A stretch of DNA of 64,000 nt, from assembly GCF_030684315.1 (NCBI RefSeq), contig NC_081381.1, positions 25,795,811-25,859,810 on the forward strand. The letters are read 5' to 3'. A program made the translations under genes and the position numbers. Source of the stretch: Stegostoma tigrinum. Lineage: Eukaryota. Shown here piece by piece: positions 39,655-51,536 of this stretch. A model generated the notes under the pieces. It was not told the DNA's origin and did not search any database. It saw only the letters and a program-made list of their open reading frames with translations. Every line of letters begins with the position of its first letter. Within the stretch, counting starts at the first letter, position 1.

Positions 39655-40228
39655 CTGCAAGCGAAACATAGATCAGAAGTGTGGATTATTCAAGAATTAA
39701 TCCTCAGTAATAGGTCTGGTTAATCCAAGTTAGATGACATGCCCAAATATTACCAAGGAAGTTATTTAATTTGTGCATATAAAATTTCACAATGGCAGGC
39801 GTGCAGAAATAGCAGACCTGTTTCAGAAGCATTTTTCTTTTGGAACTTTAAAACATCTGATATATTTATTGAGCTACACAGATCAATCCGATGCTTGGTT
39901 TCTGGTCTGTTCTGAGGTAACTGAACTTGGGCAGAATGGCAATATGAAAGCCTTATCATTCCACTATAGGAATGAAGGCTAAAAATTATGCAGATGGACG
40001 TTGATATCAATCAGTTCAAACCCGGTTGTGACGCCTCCAAGGAGTAAACAGTCAACACCAATTTCTATGTAGATACTTCTATAGTACACCTGAGTAAATT
40101 ATGGAACTGAACAACAAATTGTGGATATCCTTGCCTTGCAGCAACTATAACCAAGAATACAGTGCTTTAAGAAAACAGGCACACGATTACAGTGTCCTTC
40201 AAGGCTTAAAAACATTCCAAAGTACTTC

Positions 40229-41085
40229 ATGACCATTCAACGCATCATCCTCGGCCTCTTCTGCCAACTGCAATCTGACCCCACTCTCCATGACTCCCTT
40301 ATCCTCTCCACAAGAGTCCCCACTAGCCCCACCACCCTGGCACTTTTCCCTGCAACCGCAGGAAGTGCTACACCTGCCCCTATACCACCCCCATCTCAAA
40401 CCCCAAAGAAAATCTTCCATGTTAAACAGCTGATCACCTGCACATCTGCTAGTGTGATATATTGTATCTGCTGCTCCCGATGTGGCCTCCTCTCCATCAG
40501 GGAAACCAAGTGGAGGCTTGGAGACTGCTTTCTGAAACACCTACGCTCAGTTCATGACAAACGACTACACCTCCCAGTTATGAACCACTTCAACTCCCCC
40601 TCCCACTCCTTGGACGACATGTCTATTCTGCCTCCTCCAGTGCCACAATGATGCCACCCAAAGGTTGCAGGAATAGCACTACATATCTCGCTTGGGAACC
40701 CTGCAGCCCAATGGTCTCAATGTGGACTTCACAAGCTTCAAAATCTCCCCACCCCCGACCTCATCTCAAAACCAGCACAGCTCGTCCCCGCCTCCTTGAC
40801 CTGTCAGTCTTTTCTCCTATCTATCCGCTCCTCCCACCTCACTCACCAACCCCCACACCCACCCCCTACCTACCAGCCTCATCCCCGGCTCCTTGACCTG
40901 CCCGTCTTCTCTTGACTGACCAACCCCAACCTAACTCCCCACCTACACTCACCTTTACTGGCTCCATCCTTGCCTCCTTGATCTGTCTGTCTCCTCTCCA
41001 CCTATCTGCTCCTTTATTCACTTTCCATCTGCCTCCTGACATCTCTCTATTTTTATCAGAATTCCCTTCCCCTCCCCCTTTGTTT
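40229..41085 (+). mobile_element. Older PLE 3' fragment (GIY-YIG and C-rich tail)
   Basis: 140-aa ORF with VIYCICCSRCGLLSIRET, homologous to the 45270-46190 region. Confidence 0.9.
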
Positions 41086-41105
41086 TATTTGCTGTGTATG
41101 AAGAT

Positions 41106-42250
41106 TGAACATAGAACAGTACAGCACAGTACAGGCCCTTTGACCCACAGTGTTGTGCCAAACACTAACCCTAATCCTAAAAGCCTATCTAACCTCCAGC
41201 CCTACCTTATACTATCATCCATATCCATATCATCCAATAGCCGTGTAAGTGCACCTAACGAGGCTGACTCCACTACCCTCTCCGGCAATGCATTCCACAG
41301 CCCTACCACTCTCTGAGTAAAGAACCTACCTCTGACATCTCCCCTGTATCTACCTCCACCCACTTTAAAACTATACCCCCTCATAATAGCTACTTCCAGC
41401 CTAGGAAAAAGTCTCTGATTGTCTAGTCTATCTACACCTCTGATCATTTTGTACACCTTTATCAAGTCACCACTCATCCTTCATCCTTCTAAAGAGAAAA
41501 GCACGAGCTCTCTCAACCTTTCCTCGTGAGACCTTCCCTCCATTCCATGCAACATCCTGGTAAATCTCCTCTGCACCTTTTCCAATACTTCCACATCTTT
41601 CCTGTAATGAGGCGACCAGAACTGGACATAATACTTTAGACGTTATCTAACCAGGCTTTTGTATAACTTCACGGCTCTTGAACTCAATCCCTTGATTAAT
41701 GAAAGCTAACACACCATAAGCCTTCTTAACAACTCTATCCACCTGGGTGGCAGCTTTCAGGGAACTGTGGACATGAACCCCAAGATCCCTCAGCTCCTCC
41801 ACACTGCCAAGAATCTTTCTGTGTACCCTGTATTCTGCTTTCAAGTTTGTCCTTCCAAAAAAAAAGAATCACCTCACACTTTTCAGGGTTAAACTCCACC
41901 TGCCACTTCAGTACAGCTCTGCATCCTTTCAATGTCCCATTGTAACCTAGAACAGCCCTCCGCACTGTCCACAGCGCGACCCACTTTCGTATCATCCACA
42001 AACTTATTAATCCACCCTTCCACTCCTTCATCCAAATCATTTACAAAAATCACAAATAGAAGAGGACCCAGGACAGATCCTTGTGGTACACACTCGTAAC
42101 TGAGCACCTTGTTGAATATTTTCAGTCCAATACCACCCTTTGTCTTCTAAGGGTCAGCCAATTCTGAATCTAATCTGCCACATTTCCCCCATCCCATGCC
42201 TCCTTACTTTCTGCAAGAGCCTACGATGGGGAAGCTTATCAAACACCGTT
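41106..42250 (-). mobile_element. CR1 LINE 3' fragment (RT)
   Basis: VPQGSVLGPLLFVIFVNDL...KFVDDTK; GRFFTQRVVGLWNALP. Confidence 0.93.
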
Positions 42251-42801
42251 TAGAGCGTCCGGATAGAATGGAAATGCGATTGACCTGATTGGTTCCAAGA
42301 ATTTAGGCACAAAAGTTAGGTCAGAAAGACTGGACTTGTTCTCTGCAGATTGATGGGAGAATTGGCAGAAACTCTAGGTTCAAGTACCAAACAAGAACAT
42401 CTCAGTCAAGGAAGATGCACAGCAGACCATTTGGCTACATAGGGTAACCATCAACCTGCAAATCCTTCCAAATCAGCTGTGTATTGAAAAGAATCTGGGA
42501 GCCTCAGAGTTGTAGATAACAATATCTAACACAGACAAATATATAGTTCCAGAGGAAATTAAATTTCATGTACCACCAATCCCAAGTTAATTGGAAGACA
42601 CCCAAATTAACCAGATTATGACAGGTTTACACAAGACTGTTCCCCATTAGGTGATCAAAAGATTAAGCAGTTGTTGCAATTCCTGCTCTGAACTTCATTC
42701 TGAGATAATGGGAACTGCAGATGCTGGAGAATTCCAAGATAATAAAATGTGAGGCTGGATGAACACAGCAGGCCAAGCAGCATCTCAGGAGCACAAAAGC
42801 T

Positions 42802-42829
42802 GACGTTTCGGGCCTAGACCCTTCATCAG
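42802..42829 (-). ncRNA. Minimal type I hammerhead ribozyme, intact core
   Basis: CUGAUGA-A-GGGU(CUAG)GCCC-GAAA-CG-UC; helix III reduced to the palindrome ACGU; located in the PLE terminal repeat. Confidence 0.8.
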
Positions 42830-43056
42830 AGAGGGGGATGGGGAGAGGGAACTGGAATAAATAGGGAGAGAGGGGGAGGCGGATCGAAGATGGAGAGTAA
42901 AGAAGATAGGTGGAGAGAGTATAGGTGGGGAGATAGGGAGGGGATAGGTCAGTCCAGGGAAGATGGACAGGTCAAGGAGGTGGGATGAGGTTAGTAGGTA
43001 GGAAATGGAGGTGCGGCTTGGGGTGGGAGGAAGGGATGGGTGAGAGGAAGAACCGG

Positions 43057-44345
43057 TTAGGGAGGCAGAGACAGGTTGGACTGGTTTTGGGATGCAGTGG
43101 GTGGGGGGGAAGAGCTGGGCTGGTTGTGTGGTGCAGTGGGGGGAGGGGACGAACTGGGCTGGTCTAGGGATGCAGTAGAGGAAGGGGAGATTTTGAAACT
43201 GGTGAAGTCCACATTGATACCATTAGGCTGCAGGGTTCCCAGGCGGAATATGAGTTGCTGTTCCTGCAACCTTCGGGTGGCATCATTGTGGCACTGCAGG
43301 AGGCCCATGATGGACATGTCATCTAGAGAATGGGAGGGGGAGTGGAAATGGTTTGCGACTGGGAGGTGCAGTTGTTTGTTGCGAACTGAGCGGAGGTGTT
43401 CTGCAAAGCGGTCTCCAAGCCTTGGTTTCCCCAATGTAGAGGAAGCCGCACCGGGTACAATGGATGCAGTATACCACATTGGCAGATGTGCAGGTGAACC
43501 TCTGCTTAATGTGGAGTGTCATCTTGGGGCCTGGGATAGGGGTTAGGGAGGAGGTGTGGGGGCAAATGTAGCATTTCCTGCGGTTGCAGGGGAAGGTGCC
43601 GGGTGTGGTGGGGTTGGAGGGCAGTGTGGGGCGAACAAGGGAGTCACGGAGAGAGTGGTCTCTCCGGAAAGCAGACAAGGGTGGGGATGGAAAAATGTCT
43701 TGGGTGGTGGGGTCGGATTGTAAATGGCGAAAGTGTCGGAGGATGATGCGTTGTATCCGGAGGTTGGTAGGGTGGTGTGTGAGAACGAGGGGGATCCTCT
43801 TTGGGCGGTTGTGGCGGGGGCAGGGTGTGAAGGATGTGTTGTGGGAAATACGGGAGACGCGGTCAAGGGCGTTCTCGATCACTGTGGGGGGAAAGTTGCG
43901 GTCCTTAAAGAACTTGGACATCTGGGATGTGCGGGAGTGGAATGTCTTATCGTGGGAGCAGATGCGGCGGAGGCGGAGGAATTGGGAATAAGGGATGGAA
44001 TTTTTGCAGGAGGGTGGGTGGGAGGAGGTGTATTCTAGGTAGCTGTGGGAGTCGGTGGGCTTGAAATGGACATCAGTTACAAGCTGGTTGCCTGAGATGG
44101 AGACCGAGAGTTCCAGGAAGGTGAGGGATGTGCTGGAGATGGCCCAGGCGAACTGAAGGTTGGGGTGGAAGGTGTTGGTGAAGTGGATGAACTGTTCGAG
44201 CTCCTCTGGGGAGCAAGAGGCGGCGCTGATACAGTCATCAATGTACCGGAGGAAGAGGTGGGGTTTGGGGCCTGTGTAGGTGCGGAAGAGGGACTGTTCC
44301 ACGTAACCTACAAAGAGGCAGGCATAGCTGGGGCCCATGCGGGTG
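43057..44345 (-). pseudogene. Inverted second copy of the PLE RT/GIY-YIG ORF, frameshifted after YIGETK
   Basis: 346-aa and 140-aa ORFs nearly identical to the plus copy; 5-nt deletion near 43420. Confidence 0.93.
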
Positions 44346-44384
44346 TGACTCATCTCCACCTATCTGGCCTCCATTTTCTCCCCT

Positions 44385-46241
44385 TTGGTCCAGGAACTCC
44401 CCACCTACGTCCGTGACACCACCCACGCCCTCCACCTCCTCCAGGACTTCCAATTCCCTGGCCCCCAACACCTCATATTCACCATGGACATCCAGTCCCT
44501 ATACACCTGCATTCCGCATGCAGATGGCCTCAAGGCCCTCCGCTTCTTCCTGTCCCGCAGGCCCGACCAGTCCCCCTCCACCGACACTCTCATCCGCCCA
44601 GCTGAACTCGTCCTCACCCTCAACAACTTCTCTTTTGACTCCTCCCACTTCCTATAGACTAAGGGGGTGGCCATGGGCACCCGCATGGGCCCCAGCTACG
44701 CCTGCCTCTTTGTAGTTTACGTGGAACGGTCCCTCTTTCGCACCTACACAGGCCCCAAACCCCACCTCTTCCTCCGGTACATTGATGACTGTATCGGCGC
44801 CGCCTCTTGCTCCCCAGAGGAGCTCGAACAGTTCATCCACTTCACCAACACCTTCCACCCCAACCTTCAGTTCACCTGGGCCATCTCCAGCACATCCCTC
44901 ACCTTCCTGGACCTCTCAGTCTCCATCTCAGGCAACCAGCTTGTAACTGATGTCCATTTCAAGCCCACCGACTCCCACAGCTACCTAGAATACACCTCCT
45001 CCCACCCACCCTCCTGCAAAAATTCCATCCCCTATTCCCAATTCCTCCGCCTCCGCCGCATCTGCTCCCACGATAAGACATTCCACTCCCGCACATCCCA
45101 GATGTCCAAGTTCTTTAAGGACCGCAACTTTCCCCCCACAGTGATCGAGAACGCCCTTGACCGCGTCTCCTGTATTTCCCGCAACACATCCCTCACACCC
45201 CGCCCCCGCCACAACCGCCAAAAGAGGATTCCCCTCGTTCTCACACACCACCCCACCAACCTCCGGATACAACGCATCATCCTCCGACACTTTCGCCATT
45301 TACAATCCGACCCCACCACCCAAGACATTTTTCCATCCCCACCCCTGTCTGCTTTCCGGAGAGACCACTCTCTCCGTGACTCCCTTGTTCGCTCCACACT
45401 GCCCTCCAACCCCACCACACCCGGCACCTTCCCCTGCAACCGCAGGAAATGCTACACTTGCCCCCACACCTCCTCCCTCACCCCTATCCCAGGCCCCAAG
45501 ATGATAGTCCACCTTAAGCAGAGGTTCACCTGCACATCTGCCAATGTGGTATACTGCATCCATTGTACCCGGTGCGGCTTCCTCTACATTGGGGAAACCA
45601 AGCGGAGGCTTGGAGACTGCTTTGCAGCACACCTCCGCTCAGTTCGCAACAAACAACTGCACCTCCCAGTCGCAAACCATTTCCACTCCCCCTCCCATTC
45701 TCTAGATGACATGTCCATCATGGGCCTCCTGCAGTGCCACAATGATGCCACCCGAAGGTTGCAGGAACAGCAACTCATATTCCGCCTGGGAACCCTGCAG
45801 CCTAATGGTATCAATGTGGACTTCACCAGTTTCAAAATCTCCCCTTCCCCTACTGCATCCCTAAACCAGCCCAGTTCGTCCCCTCCCCCCACTGCACCAC
45901 ACAACCAGCCCAGCTCTTCCCCCCCCACCCACTGCATCCCAAAACCAGTCCAACCTGTCTCTGCCTCCCTAACCGGTTCTTCCTCTCACCCATCCCTTCC
46001 TCCCACCCCAAGCCGCACCCCCATCTACCTAATAACCTCATTCCACCTCCTTGACCTGTCCGTCTTCCCTGGACTGACCTATCCCCTCCCTATCTCCCCA
46101 CCTATACTCTCTCCACCTATCTTCTTTACTCTCCATCTTCGGTCCGCCTCCCCCTCTCTCCCTATTTATTCCAGTTCCCTCTCCCCATCCCCCTCTCTAA
46201 TGAAGGGTCTAGGCCCGAAACGTCAGCTTTTGTGCTCCTGA
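44385..46241 (+). pseudogene. 5'-truncated PLE reverse transcriptase plus GIY-YIG endonuclease, broken by one in-frame TAG (44655-44657)
   Basis: The 90-aa and 524-aa ORFs share a frame; RT motifs FTMDIQSLYT, GVAMGTRMGPSYA, RYIDD; Cys linker CNRRKCYTC; VVYCIHCTRCGFLYIGET; PNGIN. Confidence 0.95.
46197..46224 (+). ncRNA. Hammerhead motif with G5-to-A core mutation (CUAAUGA), likely inactive
   Basis: ctaatga-a-gggtctaggccc-gaaa-cgtc. Confidence 0.75.
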
Positions 46242-47169
46242 GATGCTGCTTGGCCTGCTGTGTTCATCCAGCCTCACATTTTATTATCTCTGAACTTCAT
46301 TCTCCTTGGTTCATTGTACAACTTTGGTTCACATTTGATCCAGACGTGAGCATCCGAGGTCATTCATGAGCATGATTAAGACCGCATATTTCCACTTCTA
46401 TAATTCTGATCCAGTCCAGTTCATCAGCTTCTGAAACCCTGACTTTCGCACCTTTCTCAGCTCTAGTTCTTATGCTTGGTCTCATTCTAACTACATAAAC
46501 TTATGGTCATCTAAAACAATGTCTGTGTTGGAGCTCAATTCTCAGCAAATTCTCAGCTCCCCTATCAGCCTGGTGCTCGCTGACGTACATTGGTTTCCTC
46601 TCCCAGTCAAGCAAATACCTTGCTAAAATTGCAAAACAATTCAATGAGATTTGGAAATGTTTAAAATGGGTAGCCCATTCAATGTTTGGAATGTTGGTAA
46701 GAGGATGCTCATTGTATAACGATAATGTCAATGTTTCTGTATGCTCCAGGGCTTTGCTTCAGTCTTAATAACTGCTTGAATAAAATGATTGTAAGTACTC
46801 AGTCTCTAGCAGCTTGCTCCGCTATCGATGATTGCATGCCAATCAGAGAATTGACTTCCAGTTTTTGAAGTCACTATCTGGCATGGGCCTTGGAGGCCTG
46901 GTAAGAAAATTAGAGGGAGTGTTGGTCTCCAGCAGTTGATTATTTAAAAATCAAGATAAAATTACCTTTACATTTTTTCAATGCATGCTCTCAATGAAAA
47001 GTTTCACTGACAGATTGCTCATCAGAAATCACAGACATGTGTTTTACACTATTCTGTCCATTAAAAAGATTTTTTTGTAAAATTGTAGGAAGTTCAAATC
47101 CTGCATTCTAAAATGGTTATCTCCTTACATTTACTATTCCCTCCAGAACACCTAGGTTCACTCTTGCTT

Positions 47170-47965
47170 CATTTCTAACAGTGCCCCAAAGCCCATGGCA
47201 CCTTGCCCTGCAACTGCAGAAGGTGCAACACCTGCCTATTTACTTCCTTCCTCTCAGCTGTATCCAAAGGCCTAAACATACCTTCCAGGCAAAGCAGCGC
47301 TTTACCTGTACTTCCACTCAATCTAGTCTACTGCATTCGCTGCTCACAATGTGGTCTTCTCTACCTCAGGAAATGAAAGTGTAGGCTGAGTGACTGCTTT
47401 GCAAACACTTATGTTCTGTCTGCAAAAAAGACTGAGCTTCCAGTTGCCTTCCACTTTAACACACCACCTTGTTCTCTGTCTAAGGCTTGCTGTAGTGTTG
47501 CAGCAAAGCTCAGCATAAGCTGGCAGAACTGCACTTCATTTTCTGCTTGAGTATCCTGCAGCTTTCTGGACTTAATATCGAGTTCCACAATTTTAGAGCT
47601 TGAGGCACCTTCTCCCATGTCCTTAACCCAGCCCCCAAACATCAGGCCTTGTTATCACACAGTGTGCTATTAAACACAACCCATTGTTAGCCACTAATAG
47701 TTCCCATTAGCAGCCATTCATTCACCCAGACTGACCGTTATCCAAGCCTTTCTATGCAACTGTTCTTCTCTCTCTTTGAGCTCCATTTCCACCTATCATT
47801 TACTCTTTAACTCCTACACCCAGCCCACCTTCTGCATAAATACCAATCTTTACCTACCTACCATTGTTTCTGAAGAAGGGTCGCTGGATCTGAAATGTTA
47901 CCTCTGATTTCTGTCCACAGATGCTGCCTGATCTGCTGTGATTTTCCAGCAATTTCTGGTTCTGT
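47170..47965 (+). mobile_element. Degenerate PLE 3' fragment of the third family, ending in a hammerhead motif (47870-47899)
   Basis: KHTFQAKQRFTCTS homology; CTGAAGA-a-gggtcgctggatct-GAAA-tg-TT. Confidence 0.8.
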
Positions 47966-48444
47966 TACCTTCTTATATTTTACAGGTTAATTGGCACTTG
48001 AGGTTTTTCATTCTGCTTAGAAACTTCACCTGTGGTTTTCCATCTAAATCAGAGATTCAATCCAGTGAAAATGTATTATGTCATGGTGAGGGCTCCAAAA
48101 GAACAAATGATGAGAGAATGGACTTCCTCAGTAATTACATGTATGTATGAGTCATGTATCTACATGACATTGGTGTGCTTTCCATTAAAACGCACACACT
48201 GAACTCCAAAACAATAAAAGCAACAAAAAAATCTGAATACAAAATTCTAATCTTCTCCATTCCCTCCTGAAGGTTTAGAATGATTAAACTGTTTCCGGCA
48301 AGATGGCTGCTGGTTAAGTTGCCATTTGGAGCTCCACTCTGCTTGCTAGTTCTCTTTCTCTTTCTTTCTCCTTCCTTTTTCTGCATCCCTTCTTCTCTCC
48401 CATCTGTAGTAACTCCATCCCCACCCCAACCCTTTTCACTACCT

Positions 48445-48786
48445 ACCAAAGAGGTCGGGAAGGAGCTGGGTCACGACCGGGAACCAAATGGCAGGAACCA
48501 AATGCACAGGTTGTGTCCTGCAGCGGTGGCGGATCAAGTGTAGGCTGGAATGATGGCGGTGGATCAATAGTGGGCTTACGAGAGCAGCACTCTGGCAGAG
48601 GCATGGCAAGGGCTGGGGAGCCCAGAGCGGGACTGTGGCAGTGGAAAGGAAAGTTGGACTCTCTTGTTTTTTTAATCTTGCTATAAGTTAATGTGTACAG
48701 CGCCGTGTACGATGAAGGTACGCCTTTTCACTGTATTTTTACATTGAATACATGGGGACAATAAATAATTTAATTCAATTCGATTA
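48445..48786 (+). mobile_element. GC-rich short retroposon with Rex1/L2-like tail
   Basis: Abrupt GC/CpG-rich block ending cttttcactgta...gacaataaataatttaattcaattcgatt. Confidence 0.5.
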
Positions 48787-49699
48787 GACTTTTAGTGCTT
48801 TGGCAACGTTACCGTTATTCATTAGAAAATTTCCATAATAGATGCCAGAAGATAATTCAACAAGGGCAATGACAAGGTAGTAAAGGAAACCTGCCTGTTA
48901 TTTCCTTACTAACCCAATGTCATCCATGTCTGGACTACCATTCAAGGTTCCAATTTGCTATGCTGATAAAGGTGAGGAAACAGACCTGTGACTCATCCAG
49001 CTTGACTGTTCTGCTACTCATTAATAAGTTTGCGAAGTCAGTGAGAGTAACATTCAAAACGTACTACACAGCAGTCCAAATTTTGCTGCATGGAAGGTAA
49101 TAAATAGTTTTAAGTAGGAGTTTTTCCAAAGGAAGGAAGACATAATCAAGGCAATGGCCTATCATCTGTGAAGTGGCATAGATTTCTTTTTGTAAATGTT
49201 AAAAAAATGTGATACAACTGTATATTGATAAATAGATCACACATCTGCAATAGCACTGATCAAAAGACTTTTAATTTGCCTGGCCCAAACAGCGCCTTTT
49301 GGTTATATAAGGTATCAACATTTATCATTATAAAATCATGAGAATTTGAGATCACAATTTTCTCTCCTTCCAAACAAACTTACTCCTTGTTGGATACAAC
49401 TTCATAACAACAAAAACTGATTCAAGCCAAGCTCAATCATTTCCTCACACTTTAAAAATATGGAGTATGAATTTAATGGCACTGATTTTCTGCCAGCCAG
49501 ACAGTTATTATAGGAGTTATCCAAGGGGAACCCCTGCAGAATCTCCATTATAGCACACTCCAAAGGAATATAACTGGAAATTGTACTTGCTGCTGTACAA
49601 TTCCTCTGTGCCTGGAATTCTCCAGAAGCCTCCATTTATGTATTCTCGCCGACCTGCAAAGACCAGACTCCCTGCTCTGGAATGGATCAGACAATGCCC

Positions 49700-50040
49700 A
49701 AACCTGATGTCCCTCCCTCATCCACAGGACTCAACCTAACTGTCTCTCACCTACCGCGAACACTGCATCACTTAAACTTGCCAACTTGTACCTTACCAAT
49801 CTGGCACCCCATCCAATACGTATCTGGCATCTACTTACTTGGCACCCTACCCACCCAGGACATTATCGCCATCTATCTGGAATTCTACTCCTGTACCCTA
49901 CTTCCTCCCAGCTGGCACCATAACCATCCACCACACACTAATTTGACACTCCACCTCTTAATGAATTAGCATCCTACCCCCATCCAAGCTGGCATCCTAC
50001 TTTCCTAGCAACCTACCCGTCTACTTATCGGGCACCCTAA
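49700..50040 (+). repeat. Degenerate C-rich tandem repeat (ctggcacc/ctggcatcctac units)
   Basis: Motif recurs about 8 times at irregular spacing. Confidence 0.6.
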
Positions 50041-50595
50041 AATTTCACTTTGACAGCAGCCATCAAAGTGACTGTCAGAACCTTTAAATGGCAGAATATG
50101 GGAGTGATTACTATTAAAAAAGGGCATATTTTTCTATTCTCTGATAGTTCTGCTACAAAGAAATTGTCAGAGTAGAAGTATGGCTCTGAATTGCTGCAGA
50201 ACATTCCCCTCAGAAACATAGAGTTTCACTGTTTTGTTAAAAAAAGGGGCTGGTCTGGGCAGTCTGTGAGGTTACCACTTCTCACAAAATTCCACTCCAT
50301 ATTCCCAGCTCACCAGTGCCAAATTGCAGCCCTCGGTAAAAGTTAAATCAGTACATCTGAGGACCACACCTGTGCCCTTCCAGCCCTGCATGCTTCAAGA
50401 TAAAGTCACAGACTCATACAACATGAAGACAGACCCTTCCAGCCAACTTGTCCATGCTGATCAGTTATCCTAAACAAAACTAGCCCTACTTGCTTGTGTT
50501 TAGAGTTAGTCTTTACCAACCAAGAAAACTGGAATAGATATTAATTATATTTATTTAATAAAAAATTATTAATAACTGAATATAGGGTTACATAC

Positions 50596-50640
50596 TTTCC
50601 ACCCCAGAAGATTTTAGTAGTAATGACAAGGCTGGACCGT
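50596..50640 (-). CDS. KCNAB2: KCNAB2 coding exon, (R)RSSLVITTKIFWGG(K); contains the AKR catalytic Lys (TTK)
   Basis: ctcttcacag|ACGGTCCAGC...GGTGGAAA|gtatgt; 45 nt; IFWGGK is beta2-type (beta1 has LYWGGK). Confidence 0.97.
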
Positions 50641-51536
50641 CTGTGAAGAGAAAACAGGACATGGCATGAATAAATGGCTTGGCTAATTCAACTTTCTAAG
50701 TTTTATAAACAGTAATGCAAGGCTAACAAGTTAATGCAATTCGTTTATTCTTTAATTCACCCCAAAAATAAATAAATGCATCAACCTTTCTTTCAGAAGG
50801 TGGAGATGCTGTTTGGTGCTTGACTCATGAAAGTATTTAAAGTATCAGATGCTAATCTACTATTTTAGCCCAGGCATTAACCTGATAAAATTATACAGAG
50901 TAAGTTGTCAGAACCATATTCAGGTGTTTTTCATGAGAAGTACTGACCATAATTGCTTTTGTTATAAGTCATTTCAGTTTTGTATCTTACTACACATAGC
51001 TTGGTTGTGAAGTTAGTGAGTCAGTGTGCTTCCAGGTCTCTGCTAATGCAATCTATCACAGGGAGGTCCACAAGGCCACTGCAAAGCAATTCCTTTTACT
51101 GTTTGTCAGGCTATTTTGGGGAAATAGCTGGTCTACAACTAGCATCTGCTCTAAATGACTGAAAATCCACCACATGAAATGTAAATCTTCCAAATAAAAC
51201 ACACATTCATTACTCCATGCTATATTTAATCTCAAATATGTCTACAGAGATTTTGCATTTGAGAGCCAATTAATAAGTTAATTGGCACTTTTTTTTCCTC
51301 AGGTTGCAAACAATGTATTGGAGTTGGGGGAGAGTTGTTACGTGCACTCTTGCATTGACGTAACTATTGTCACCTTTGCTCTCCCTTTTCCAATGTCAGC
51401 TATTAAATAATTACATTTCTAAGCTTCAAATATTTATGCTAAAAAATGTGATACAATTTCATTAGGTCTTAACCACCAAAATGCAACATTATTTTGGACA
51501 AATAAAATCAATTTTGAACTAACAAGGTAAAGTTAC

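Larger units (their letters stand above)
42702..46287. mobile_element. Penelope-like retroelement (Neptune-like) in tail-out inverted arrangement: minus copy 42702-44345, plus copy 44346-46287
   Basis: Arms are reverse complements; 16-bp direct repeat ctctgaacttcattct at 42686-42701 and 46288-46303. Confidence 0.95.

Noticed and set aside
42985-46041. Many overlapping ORFs on both strands
   Set aside because: Alternative-frame and antisense shadows of the GC-rich PLE ORF, duplicated by the palindrome
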